From Candidatus Hermodarchaeota archaeon (lineage in GTDB: Archaea; Asgardarchaeota; Thorarchaeia; Thorarchaeales; Thorarchaeaceae): 64,000 nucleotides of DNA. Positions 19,721 through 28,910 of the stretch are shown one piece after another. The DNA is taken from NCBI GenBank assembly GCA_048885865.1, contig JBHLLF010000015.1, positions 1 to 64,000 on the forward strand, in the 5' to 3' direction. The number at the start of each line of letters is the position of its first letter. Position 1 is the stretch's first letter. Position numbers and translations under genes: made by a program. The notes under the pieces are model-generated. The model did no database searches and was not told the DNA's origin. It saw only the letters and a list, made by a program, of their open reading frames with translations.

Positions 19721-20761
19721 ATGAATTCCCGCAATCTGACTCTTGAGGCCATCGAAGGTAAAACAGAGAGAGTTCCATTCAATCCATTCATCATGCATCT
19801 TGCTGCGTCGATTTATGGCATAGACTATAGCGGAGTATATTGTCAGGACGCACGAGTGCTTGCTGATGCCCAAATTAAATGCGCCAAAGCATTTGGAATT
19901 GACCACATGAACGTTTCAACTGATGCATATAGAGAGGCTAATGCATGGGGCGTAGAGATGGATTTCTCGAGTCACACTCCGGTGGCGAAGACACATCTTA
20001 GGATTGACGACTTTGACCAGGTTGAGGAACCAGACCTTAATGCTGCCAAGCGAATACAGGATAGGGTTGAGGCAGTCGAGCTGTTAAGAGAAGCTAGCAG
20101 CGACCAGTGTATCATTGGCTGGATAGAGGCTCCATTTGCGGAGATTTGCTGCTTGTTTGGATTGATGAATGTGCTAAAGCTAGCTCGCAGAGATGATTGG
20201 AACGAGCTGGTCCAAGGACTCTTGGACCGAGTATTTTCAATTCAGCTAGAGTTTGCCATGATGCAGGTCGAGGCTGGAGCAGACATCATTGGAGCAGGTG
20301 ACTCTGCCGTTTCTCAGATAGGCCCCAAGCGCTATGAGGAGGCCTGTCTTGAATCAACTCAGACTCTCTTCAAAGAAATCAACAAACATGCGCCTGTACT
20401 CTACCATGTCTGTGGGGACTGTTCAGTGGTTGACACTGAAGGCAGGGATATGTTGGAATTCGTCGCGAGTTCTGGAGCCTCAGTCTTGGACATAGACTAC
20501 CAAGTGGACTTGGCCAGCGCAAAGGCGAAGATCGGTTCGAGAGTATGTCTTCGAGGCAATATCAATACCTCCCTCCTCGGAAGCGAAACGTACAATGAAA
20601 TTCAGGTCACAAAGGAGATATCAGAAGCAATTCAAGCAGGTAAGCCAGGCGGCAGGTACATGTTCTCAGCAGGCTGCGAATGGCCTTGGGAACCCCTGGA
20701 ATTGGCTACTCGGAATCTGCAGATTGCAAGAAACGTGGTCGAAGAGCTTGGAGGATATTGA
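19721..20761 (+). CDS. MtaA/CmuA-type corrinoid methyltransferase (UroD fold)
   Basis: EAPFAE, QVEAGADIIGAGD, canonical Zn motif HVCG...GCE. Confidence 0.9.
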   Translation: MNSRNLTLEAIEGKTERVPFNPFIMHLAASIYGIDYSGVYCQDARVLADAQIKCAKAFGIDHMNVSTDAYREANAWGVEMDFSSHTPVAKTHLRIDDFDQVEEPDLNAAKRIQDRVEAVELLREASSDQCIIGWIEAPFAEICCLFGLMNVLKLARRDDWNELVQGLLDRVFSIQLEFAMMQVEAGADIIGAGDSAVSQIGPKRYEEACLESTQTLFKEINKHAPVLYHVCGDCSVVDTEGRDMLEFVASSGASVLDIDYQVDLASAKAKIGSRVCLRGNINTSLLGSETYNEIQVTKEISEAIQAGKPGGRYMFSAGCEWPWEPLELATRNLQIARNVVEELGGY

Positions 20762-20762
20762 T

Positions 20763-21935
20763 ATGAACTCCCGAGAACGAGTGATGACTGCTCTGAACCA
20801 CAGAGAACCAGATATGGTGCCGCTAGATTTTGGGGGCAATCAGTCAAGTATTCACATTGTGGCTTACAAGCGACTACTCGAATATCTCGACATCGAGGAT
20901 GATAACATTCGCTACAGTGATTTCCTCCAGCAGATTGCGAACCCTTGTGAAAAAATACTCGAGCTATTTGAAATAGATATTCGATGGCTCCGAGCACCTT
21001 CTTCATTTTTGCCTGATGGTTATGTTCCTGAAGTCGAGGGGAAGTTTCAAGGAGTCTTGGATCAGTTTGGCGTATTCTGGGGCAACAGTGCGGAGAAGGA
21101 CCTTGAAGACATTCTCTATTACGATCCAGTCATCCATCCCTTGGCTGAAATGAAATCAGTACGGGAGATTAGGGAGTATGACTGGCCCGATGGAACTGAC
21201 AGGACTCCTCTGAAGGGTTTGAGAAAACAGGCAAAGAAACTCAGAGAGAATACTGACTATGCCATTGCAACGCCACCAGTTGGCTGCATTTATGAATACA
21301 CGACATTCCTCTTTGGTTTTACAAAAGCTATGAAACATCTGCAGAAGAGTCCAGAGCTGATAATTGCCACCATGGAGGAATTAGAGAAATATTGGACAGA
21401 TTATGCTGCCGCACTACTTGATGAGGTGAAATTTGGAAACGAGCATTACGTCGATGTTGTTTCCAACAATGGTGACCTTGCAGAACAGGCAGGCCCAATT
21501 ATGAGCCCAAAACGCATCTATGAGCCTCTAATCAAACCAATAGAACAACGGTTCTCAGAGAAGTTACATGCCCTTGCTGACGTAAGAATCAACTACCATT
21601 CTTGCGGATCAGTTTCTCAATTCATTCCTCACTTCGCAGAAATTGGCTATGACGCACTGAATCCGGTTCAAGTCGGTGCTTTTGACATGGAGCCATGCAG
21701 CCTGAAGAAACGATTTGGGGATATGATAACATTCTGGGGTGGGCTGTGCGACACGCAGAAGACCCTTCCATTTGGGACAGTTGATGAGATATGTCAAGAG
21801 GTCGAGCGTAACATAGCATGTTTGAAACCCAGCGGCGGGTATATTGCTTCAAATATTCACAATATAACTGCTGAAGTTCCACCAGAAAACGTAGTAGCGA
21901 TGTTCGATGCCGCCAAAAGAAGTAGATACTATTAG
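20763..21935 (+). CDS. UroD/MtaA-fold putative methyltransferase
   Basis: MNSRERVMTALNHREPD, YHSCGS, DALNPVQ, FWGG, GGYIASNIHNI; real start ATG 20763. Confidence 0.88.
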   Translation: MNSRERVMTALNHREPDMVPLDFGGNQSSIHIVAYKRLLEYLDIEDDNIRYSDFLQQIANPCEKILELFEIDIRWLRAPSSFLPDGYVPEVEGKFQGVLDQFGVFWGNSAEKDLEDILYYDPVIHPLAEMKSVREIREYDWPDGTDRTPLKGLRKQAKKLRENTDYAIATPPVGCIYEYTTFLFGFTKAMKHLQKSPELIIATMEELEKYWTDYAAALLDEVKFGNEHYVDVVSNNGDLAEQAGPIMSPKRIYEPLIKPIEQRFSEKLHALADVRINYHSCGSVSQFIPHFAEIGYDALNPVQVGAFDMEPCSLKKRFGDMITFWGGLCDTQKTLPFGTVDEICQEVERNIACLKPSGGYIASNIHNITAEVPPENVVAMFDAAKRSRYY

Positions 21936-22032
21936 GCTAGGTTGGTTCCACGGAAAATAAAACGTAATCCAAAATAATGAAATGGTTCTTCATACAAAGA
22001 TTATCATAGTATAACCCAAGGAGTGGAGATGA

Positions 22033-23448
22033 TTGTCTGCATTTGAGGACAGTGCGAAAAAGCTGTCCGAGTTTGGTCTTACACCCTATGAGGCTAAGGT
22101 CTACCTAGCCGCTGCTAAGCTTGGACCTACCTCTGCAAGTAAAATCTCAAAGGTAGCAAAGATTCGTCGCGAGGAAGTCTACCGAACATTGCCTAAACTG
22201 GAGAAAGCTGGACTCATTAATCGGGTTCTAGGCAGACCTGTCAAAATCAGGGCAATGCCAATCGAGAATGCCCTCAGCTTCCTAATTAGTCGGAAAGAAG
22301 AGCAAGCGAAACAGGAGATTTCAAACCTCTATTCAATGAGAGAGAGTATCTTGGATAGCCTGCAGGCCGAACATGAAGAGGCGGATTTGGGTGATGAGCC
22401 CCACCATTTCACATTGATATCCGAAAAGGATGCTGTCGGTGCAAGGACTTCGGCATTAATTGGCAACGCTAGAGCTTCAATTGACGTAGTGGACTCAAGT
22501 GCAGATGTTATTCGATTCATACTCAATTATGCAGATGTTCTGGAAAAAACAATCAATAGAGATGTGAAAGTTAGGATATTAACAGTCTGTCCCGATAATG
22601 AGGAAACTATCCCAGAAGCTCTTCAGAAGCATGTCCCAAACAACTCATTCGATTTGAGGTACGTCGAAACACTCCCAAGTCGCTATATTATGGTCGACCG
22701 AGATCAGGCATTAATCACAACCACTCCCGACGGAACATTATCCGACATGAAATGCCTGTGGACGGATGATCCCACTCTTGTTGGACTTATCGAGAGAGAC
22801 TTCGGAGAGCAGTATGCCAAGTCCACATCCTGGAAAGACTTCAAGCTATCACCATCTGAAAAGATGACCAGGATTGTGAAACACCTAAGGCCAAGAGATC
22901 ATGTGATTCTAATGTATGATTCACTAGAAGCCAAGCGAAACACGCTCTTCAATTACCTCAAATATGGACTCGACAATGGAGAGGCTGTGAAATATGTCTG
23001 TTCAGAAGAGTCTCCTGAAGAGATTCGACTGGCTATGCAGAAATTCGGAATCCCCGTGAGCGAGTATGAAAAAACGGGAGCGCTGGATATAATGAATTAC
23101 ACTGACATCTATATCAGAGAAGGAAAGTTCAGTGTTTTAGACGTCATGGATGCATGGGATAATTACTACACAAATGCACTAGCTGAAGGATTCAAGGGTC
23201 TGAGAGTCACTGGAGAGATGTCATGCTTCATGGAACACTCTCTAGTGGGAGAATTGATTGAGTATGAGAAGGCGCTACATACAATATTGGACATACCCTT
23301 GACCGCAATTTGTGCCTATAACTCCGAAACGCTGGCCAACATTGAGAATCCATTGGACGTATATTCAGAGCTTGTCAAGGCTCATGGAAAAGTCCTTTTT
23401 GCTGACAAAGACAGCACTGTTGGGAAGGTAGAGATGCGTAAAGCCTGA
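22033..23448 (+). CDS. TrmB-family regulator fused to a C-terminal MEDS domain
   Basis: FGLTPYEAKVY...IRREEVYRTLPKLEKAGL (TrmB HTH); DHVILMYDS, GLDNGE, GLRVTGEM, AICAY (MEDS). Confidence 0.88.
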   Translation: MSAFEDSAKKLSEFGLTPYEAKVYLAAAKLGPTSASKISKVAKIRREEVYRTLPKLEKAGLINRVLGRPVKIRAMPIENALSFLISRKEEQAKQEISNLYSMRESILDSLQAEHEEADLGDEPHHFTLISEKDAVGARTSALIGNARASIDVVDSSADVIRFILNYADVLEKTINRDVKVRILTVCPDNEETIPEALQKHVPNNSFDLRYVETLPSRYIMVDRDQALITTTPDGTLSDMKCLWTDDPTLVGLIERDFGEQYAKSTSWKDFKLSPSEKMTRIVKHLRPRDHVILMYDSLEAKRNTLFNYLKYGLDNGEAVKYVCSEESPEEIRLAMQKFGIPVSEYEKTGALDIMNYTDIYIREGKFSVLDVMDAWDNYYTNALAEGFKGLRVTGEMSCFMEHSLVGELIEYEKALHTILDIPLTAICAYNSETLANIENPLDVYSELVKAHGKVLFADKDSTVGKVEMRKA

Positions 23449-23451
23449 TAT

Positions 23452-23697
23452 TCAGGCAGGTAGATAGATCCATTGGCGCATATCTTGAAGACAAGGTATG
23501 CGTTTAATCAGCTTCTTCCTGAGCAGCTTTCGTAGTGCATATCTGACGGTTCTAGCTGCGAAAGGAACTTCCTCAAGAAGCTGCTTTGGAGTTACACCCT
23601 TCTTTCCTCTGGTTCTCATTAGGTCAAGTACGATAGTTTGACTCTTTGTCAAACTTATGTTATGCAGCTCTTCTCTGAGCTGTTCATCACTCATCAC
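23452..23697 (-). CDS. Small winged-helix DNA-binding protein
   Basis: TPKQLLEE...RTVRYALRKL...IKRIPCLQDMRQWIY; similar to 53809..54099. Confidence 0.8.
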   Translation of the reverse strand: MMSDEQLREELHNISLTKSQTIVLDLMRTRGKKGVTPKQLLEEVPFAARTVRYALRKLLRKKLIKRIPCLQDMRQWIYLPA

Positions 23698-23751
23698 ACG
23701 AATTCACCATTTTTATAGTTGATTCGCTGTCCAAATTAGGATTTAAGCACC

Positions 23752-23775
23752 TGTGACTGTGAGGATACAGTCACA
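23752..23775. promoter_or_regulatory. Inverted repeat, candidate operator
   Basis: TGTGACTGT-N6-ACAGTCACA next to a minus-strand TTAAAT box upstream of the wHTH gene. Confidence 0.5.
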
Positions 23776-23803
23776 TTCAATGAGTTGGATAAGCAATTGT
23801 GTA

Positions 23804-24484
23804 CTATCCAAACAGCAATCGTACAATTAGCTCAATCACAGCGATGTAGAAATTTCCGGATGGCGGTGCGATGAAGGTTGTTGATAGATGAAAGTAGGGA
23901 CGAAGCACCCATGCCAACTGTGTGCCTACAAAAGCAAGAACCCCACTGCCAGTAATCATTGCGGGCACCCATTTCTTGTTCTCACCATGAATCTTGCTGA
24001 AGCCCCGCAGCAGATAGCTTACAGCTGTCACTCCAGCTATGCCGAAGAAGAACACATTGAGTAGCACAGTAAAGGCATAAGCTGCGAAAGTCCGCTCCGG
24101 TGTAGTGAGCATGAAGAATAGCGTTACTGGAAGAAATGCCATCATCATTGTGGCCATGACTGTGATGCTTATCATGAACAGCACAGCCATCTGGAGAAGA
24201 CTCATCTCGCCTCCTAGTATGCCATTTAGTACATAGTAGGTCGGCAAAGATACAAGCACTGCGACTAGCAGTAACATTGGAATCTTAATCGCATCAAATA
24301 CAATCTGTAATCCGCCTGCGTATGTCCCCATGCTGGCGCCATAAAGAGCTCCAAAAAGAAGCGTTGCTAGAATCGAGGTCACGAAATAGCTCTTGAGGTT
24401 TTTTTCTTCCTGAATTTCGTTGTATAATCCCTCACGGTCTCGAATGAAACGGCTCAGAGTCTGAAAGAACGATTCATAATCCAC
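23804..24484 (-). CDS. Multi-pass membrane protein (about 5 TM, Yip1-like)
   Basis: YGASMG, AIKIP, SLPTYY, TQLAWVLRPYF; GTG start after GGAGG. Confidence 0.72.
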   Translation of the reverse strand: MDYESFFQTLSRFIRDREGLYNEIQEEKNLKSYFVTSILATLLFGALYGASMGTYAGGLQIVFDAIKIPMLLLVAVLVSLPTYYVLNGILGGEMSLLQMAVLFMISITVMATMMMAFLPVTLFFMLTTPERTFAAYAFTVLLNVFFFGIAGVTAVSYLLRGFSKIHGENKKWVPAMITGSGVLAFVGTQLAWVLRPYFHLSTTFIAPPSGNFYIAVIELIVRLLFG

Positions 24485-24583
24485 GCGCAATCCTCCATCA
24501 TGCAGACAGAGGGTTACTTTTTGTGCGCTGCTACTGTCCAAGAATTGCACTATTCTCAATATGATGATGATTTCGGGCTTATT

Positions 24584-25939
24584 TCAGGCACCCACTCTCT
24601 TCACATATTTGTCGATGGCAAATTTCCGTTCTAGCCCCTTGGAACTCATGTAGCGAACTTTGCCGTAGATAGGTCTCTCTCCCCATGCTCTGTCGTGTTT
24701 TCCAAAGCACCATGCAACACCTGCGTATCCATTTGGATCCCGGCCATCTAGTTCATACTTGTCGTTCAGTAGAAGTGCAGTGCTATACGCCAATTCCGGA
24801 GATGAACTCCACTCTAGTATCTTCTTTCCCCAATACATGCGCATATAGCCATGCATCTTTCCGGTTTTCATCATCTCGATTTGGGCGGCATTCCAATATG
24901 GATCATGAGTTTCAGCGGACTCAAATTCCGCAAGTGAATAGACGTGTTCGCGGGGGTCAGTGGAATGCTCTTCTAGTGTGGTCATAGCCCAATTGGGCAG
25001 ACATCTAATTGAGTCATAGTCCTTGTTGTAATAGACAAAATTCATACTTAGCTCACGACGAACCACCAACTCCTCAAGAAAGGGTTCGGCTCCAATACTT
25101 CCTGTTTCCAAGACCTGTAAAGCAATCTCGAGAGGTGATATTTGGCCAAAGTGGAGATACGGACTCATGATAGAAAGATAGTTCTCGGAAGGATTATTGC
25201 GCAAGTCGCCAAATTGGTCTAGTTTCTCGGAGATGAATTTGCTTAGCCTTTTCTTCGCCTCTTGTGTGCCACCTTGAATCCAGTCCACCCCTTTTACAGA
25301 TCTGTCGATTTCAAACTCATCAAGTACTCTTCTTGGATTCTTCAACTGAATTGAGGGAATCTCTTCGTTTAGCGAAAAAGCAGGGTCAGATTTCACAAGA
25401 GGCTTTAGGAATCTTTCCAAGTGCCGACTTATTTTTGGCCGAAATGTCCCAGCAGAGTATTCCTCCTTAGGAGAAGCGGTTTCAACAGGAACAACCACAT
25501 TGGATTCTACTTGAATGACAGGACATCTAACTGACTCCGCTACCTTGCTACGCCACTCTCTTTGAAGCCGTTGGTAATCACGATCAACAATCATCAGGGC
25601 ACAGTCTTCAGCCAGACTAATCGCGTACACGCTTGGATCTTCTTGACGCACAATTAGCGGCAAATTCCTCTCATTAAGTTCTGCTTCTACTTGAATGAGA
25701 CCTTCTAGTAAGAATTGATAGCTCCTTTCAGTGCCTCCCGGATATTTGCCTGTTAGCCCGAAACATACTACAAGTGGTAATTCATACCTATTTGCCAGAC
25801 CAATTGCATACTCTAGAGCATGATTGCTATCAGATCTCTGAGATGCCTGCATCCAATACAGTACATATTTTCCCTTTTGTATTGAATTGGAGTTCAGCTG
25901 AGTAATTCGTTCCTTGTCAATCATGTTGAATGGGTTCAT
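24584..25939 (-). CDS. phr: Class II CPD DNA photolyase
   Basis: YVLYWMQASQR..SNHAL, SPYLHFGQIS, GKMHGYMRMYWGKKILEW, DGRDPNGYAG; start ATG 25939 or 25924. Confidence 0.96.
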   Translation of the reverse strand: MNPFNMIDKERITQLNSNSIQKGKYVLYWMQASQRSDSNHALEYAIGLANRYELPLVVCFGLTGKYPGGTERSYQFLLEGLIQVEAELNERNLPLIVRQEDPSVYAISLAEDCALMIVDRDYQRLQREWRSKVAESVRCPVIQVESNVVVPVETASPKEEYSAGTFRPKISRHLERFLKPLVKSDPAFSLNEEIPSIQLKNPRRVLDEFEIDRSVKGVDWIQGGTQEAKKRLSKFISEKLDQFGDLRNNPSENYLSIMSPYLHFGQISPLEIALQVLETGSIGAEPFLEELVVRRELSMNFVYYNKDYDSIRCLPNWAMTTLEEHSTDPREHVYSLAEFESAETHDPYWNAAQIEMMKTGKMHGYMRMYWGKKILEWSSSPELAYSTALLLNDKYELDGRDPNGYAGVAWCFGKHDRAWGERPIYGKVRYMSSKGLERKFAIDKYVKRVGA

Positions 25940-25958
25940 GAGTAAAGACTTATTAGCA

Positions 25959-25978
25959 TTATTAACAATTGTTAATAA
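25959..25978. promoter_or_regulatory. Perfect 20-bp palindrome in the divergent promoter region of the photolyase
   Basis: TTATTAACAATTGTTAATAA is its own reverse complement. Confidence 0.55.
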
Positions 25979-26021
25979 CGTTCTATTGTCAAACATTTGG
26001 AGCACTAGGATTGTGTGGGAT

Positions 26022-26483
26022 ATGCAATTTCCAAGCGTAAGTGGAAATGATCTTCTTAGAAACAAGGTTTCATTGCCTGATGACTTGAGTTCGGGACTAA
26101 ATGTCCTGATAGTGGCTTTCCAACAGTGGCATCAGGGACTAGTGAACTCTTGGGTACCTCTTCTTGACCACATGGTGGAAAAGTATCAAGATCTTGATTA
26201 CTATGAATTGCCAACTATCAGGAAGATGAATTGGTTAAGTCGTAGCATAATAGACAACGGAATGCGAGCAGGAATTCCATCAAGAGACACACGAAGGAGA
26301 ACCATAACGCTCTACATTGACAAGGACCCGTTTAGGAAAAAGCTAAACATCCCAGATGAGAGCGATATCCATCTATTCCTGGTTTCAGATGGCGGCGAAG
26401 TCTTATGGACTAGGTCGGGTGCCATCTCAGAGGAAAAAGCAGATTCACTGACTTCTGCAATAGAGAAAGCTAGAGCGGATTAG
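26022..26483 (+). CDS. ATP10-like thioredoxin-fold protein (no CxxC)
   Basis: FPSVSG.DL....VSLP.DL, VAFQQWHQ..VNSW, IDNGMRAGIP, LFLV...GEVLW. Confidence 0.7.
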   Translation: MQFPSVSGNDLLRNKVSLPDDLSSGLNVLIVAFQQWHQGLVNSWVPLLDHMVEKYQDLDYYELPTIRKMNWLSRSIIDNGMRAGIPSRDTRRRTITLYIDKDPFRKKLNIPDESDIHLFLVSDGGEVLWTRSGAISEEKADSLTSAIEKARAD

Positions 26484-26499
26484 CGGACTCAGGACAAAA

Positions 26500-27975
26500 T
26501 CACGTGACAGGAGAAGATTCAGCTACCTGGACAAGCCTTTCAATGAACCTTCTAATCACATATTTCCTAAATGGTAGTAGCCCATACCATGCAACCATTC
26601 CCGCCAGTCCATAGGGGCGGTAGTGGATTTCTGCATCGAGGGAACAACCTTTGGGAATTCTGTCCCTCATTGTAAGTGTGAGTGTCATGAGAGCTGGCAT
26701 CTTTAATCTTGACATGAGTGAGAGTCGGCTAGTAGGAGAGAATTCGACAATCTTCCAGCAGTCTACTGAGGAACCTGCTTTTAAACGAGAGAAAGGAGCT
26801 ATGTTTTCTGCCATGCCGTTTCCTCGAAGAAGAACATCAATGTATCCGCGAAATGGCCAAATCCAACTTCCGTAGTTCCAGCCCTTTGTACCAATAATGG
26901 AATTTAGTGCATTCCAGACATTATCACTTGAAGCAAGTGATTCGAATCTCTGATTTATGGCAAAAGAGGTGCCTCCTGCCCACTGAGGATCCCCCTTCTG
27001 AACTTGCTCAGGAATTGAAACCAGTTTATAATGATCTTCTCTTTCGGAGGAAGTATGATGTCTTCTGTTGTCTATTGCTAGGCGAATAGCCTCACGGACA
27101 GTCAGTAGTTTCTGAGGAACTAATAACTGAACATCATCATTTTGAACGACTGCTTCATTCCGCAAACCTTCAATGAGTGGCCTTGTGAGTGGAGTTGGAA
27201 GAGGAGTCACTAAGGAAAGCCAATAGGAACTCAGACCCGGGGTTAGTATCGGTATGGGGACAATGAATCGTCGCACCAGACTTGCTTCTTCTGCATAGAT
27301 ACGCATCAGATCTTGATAGGAGAAGACATCGGGTCCACCAATATCCAAGACTCGATTGGCAGTCTCTTCGTTCGCAAGACAATCAATGAGATATCCGACA
27401 ACATTGCTAACAGCAATTGGTTGACTCTTTGTGCGAACCCATCTAGGAGTCACCATAGCTGGCAATCTATCAACAAGATACCGCATTATTTCGAATGATG
27501 CACTTCCTGCTCCAATTATCATAGCTGCACGAAGAGTAGTTGCTGGAACTGAACAGTCGTGCAAAATGCGACTGACTTCCATTCGGGATGCAAGATGCTT
27601 GCTGAGTCCGCTCTCAACCTCACCCAGTCCACCCAGGTAGATTATTCGTTTTAATTCAGCCTGCTCCGCAGCTTTGACCATGTTTTCTGCTGCTGTTCTA
27701 TCAAGGTTTACAAAATCCCCCTTACCGTACATAGAATGCACCAGATAGAATGCTGCAAAACATCCCTGTGTTGCACTGATCAATGACTCAACATCAAACA
27801 CATCTGCTTTAACTGGAGTAAGATTCGGATGGGATGACCAAGATTTCATTTTGATTTTGGTGGAATCTCTGTATCCTGCATTGACCCGAAATCCCTTGCG
27901 TAGTAATGCACTCACTAGCCGGGTCCCAATGTAGCCAGTTGATCCGACTACTAGTACTCTTCTCAAATCAGTCAT
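26500..27975 (-). CDS. Atypical SDR (YbjT-like) with DUF2867 C-terminus
   Basis: GSTGYIG, FYLVHSM, SKHLASR, GSASFE, C-terminal P.GLAG...WYGLLP. Confidence 0.88.
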   Translation of the reverse strand: MTDLRRVLVVGSTGYIGTRLVSALLRKGFRVNAGYRDSTKIKMKSWSSHPNLTPVKADVFDVESLISATQGCFAAFYLVHSMYGKGDFVNLDRTAAENMVKAAEQAELKRIIYLGGLGEVESGLSKHLASRMEVSRILHDCSVPATTLRAAMIIGAGSASFEIMRYLVDRLPAMVTPRWVRTKSQPIAVSNVVGYLIDCLANEETANRVLDIGGPDVFSYQDLMRIYAEEASLVRRFIVPIPILTPGLSSYWLSLVTPLPTPLTRPLIEGLRNEAVVQNDDVQLLVPQKLLTVREAIRLAIDNRRHHTSSEREDHYKLVSIPEQVQKGDPQWAGGTSFAINQRFESLASSDNVWNALNSIIGTKGWNYGSWIWPFRGYIDVLLRGNGMAENIAPFSRLKAGSSVDCWKIVEFSPTSRLSLMSRLKMPALMTLTLTMRDRIPKGCSLDAEIHYRPYGLAGMVAWYGLLPFRKYVIRRFIERLVQVAESSPVT

Positions 27976-28204
27976 TTCTAAACGAAGAGCGGCATATAGG
28001 ACATATGTATGATTGGGTATTTCATTTCAGAAAGAAAATGTCGCATTTCCAAACCATGATTCTAACGCTTTGAGTGTGTCCTCGATTGCATAAGATTGCC
28101 CAGGAATTTGCAGAATCATAGTGCAACTTTTATGAAGTCGGAGAACAGATACAATTTAGTCCCTCTCATTGATAGATGGGAATTGCAAAGGAAATGCGGA
28201 GCAT

Positions 28205-28897
28205 ATGCTACAGTTCATTGAATTTACCCATTTGGCAGCGGCATTCGTGTCTGGATTATATATTGCTACATCTCCCTGTATATTCCCGCTTTTACCGCTG
28301 TTTCTTATTAGAAGTCTTGGATCTGCAGATGATAGGTCAAGGAGTGTAATTGTAACTATCGCGCTCACGGCAGGCATTCTAAGCTCACTTGCCATTTACT
28401 TTGCAATATCTGGACTTATTGGACAGTACATACTTCAGAATTATACGCTTATCCAAGCTGTTCTTGGCGGAATCGTGATATTTCTTGGAATTGTAACTGT
28501 TTCATCCACTCTCAAAGAGAAGCTCCGATTGAACTCACTCAGTATTGGAAGGCAGCCAGAAAAACCCACCGGACTTTCTGGAGTCTTTCTTGTGGGATTC
28601 AGCTATTCTCTACTGGCAGCGCCATGCTCGGGACCTGTAATCATTAGTCTGTTTGCACTATTTGGAGGGCAGCCAGAGGTTTCGGTTCAATTAGCTATGT
28701 TCATTCTATTGTCCATAGCTGTGATGATACCGTATTTCGCCATAGCATTCGTGACTGGAGAGGCCAGAACTAGGATAGCAATGCAGATTGCAAATTCAGC
28801 AAGAATCCTGGAGTATTTGGTTGGAGGTCTACTCATTATCATAGGTATTATCTTGATGTATCCATGGCTCAGCTCTTACATTTCGAGGGTAATTTAG
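28205..28897 (+). CDS. ccdA: CcdA/DsbD-type thiol-disulfide transmembrane electron transporter
   Basis: SPCIFPLLP and APCSGP motifs; 6 TM. Confidence 0.85.
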   Translation: MLQFIEFTHLAAAFVSGLYIATSPCIFPLLPLFLIRSLGSADDRSRSVIVTIALTAGILSSLAIYFAISGLIGQYILQNYTLIQAVLGGIVIFLGIVTVSSTLKEKLRLNSLSIGRQPEKPTGLSGVFLVGFSYSLLAAPCSGPVIISLFALFGGQPEVSVQLAMFILLSIAVMIPYFAIAFVTGEARTRIAMQIANSARILEYLVGGLLIIIGIILMYPWLSSYISRVI

Positions 28898-28910
28898 ACG
28901 GTGAATCAAA

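Noticed and set aside
20595-20762. 56-aa N-terminal extension of the third UroD-fold ORF
   Set aside because: It overlaps the upstream gene; GGAGG and the family-typical MNSRERV start point to 20763.
15022-21935. Calling the UroD-fold genes hemE (tetrapyrrole synthesis)
   Set aside because: They lack the W.MRQAGR motif of true UroD and sit beside a corrinoid protein.
23804-24484. Actin-binding WH2 function, a label I recall on similar cyanobacterial proteins
   Set aside because: The sequence is almost entirely transmembrane and has no WH2 helix-LKKT motif.
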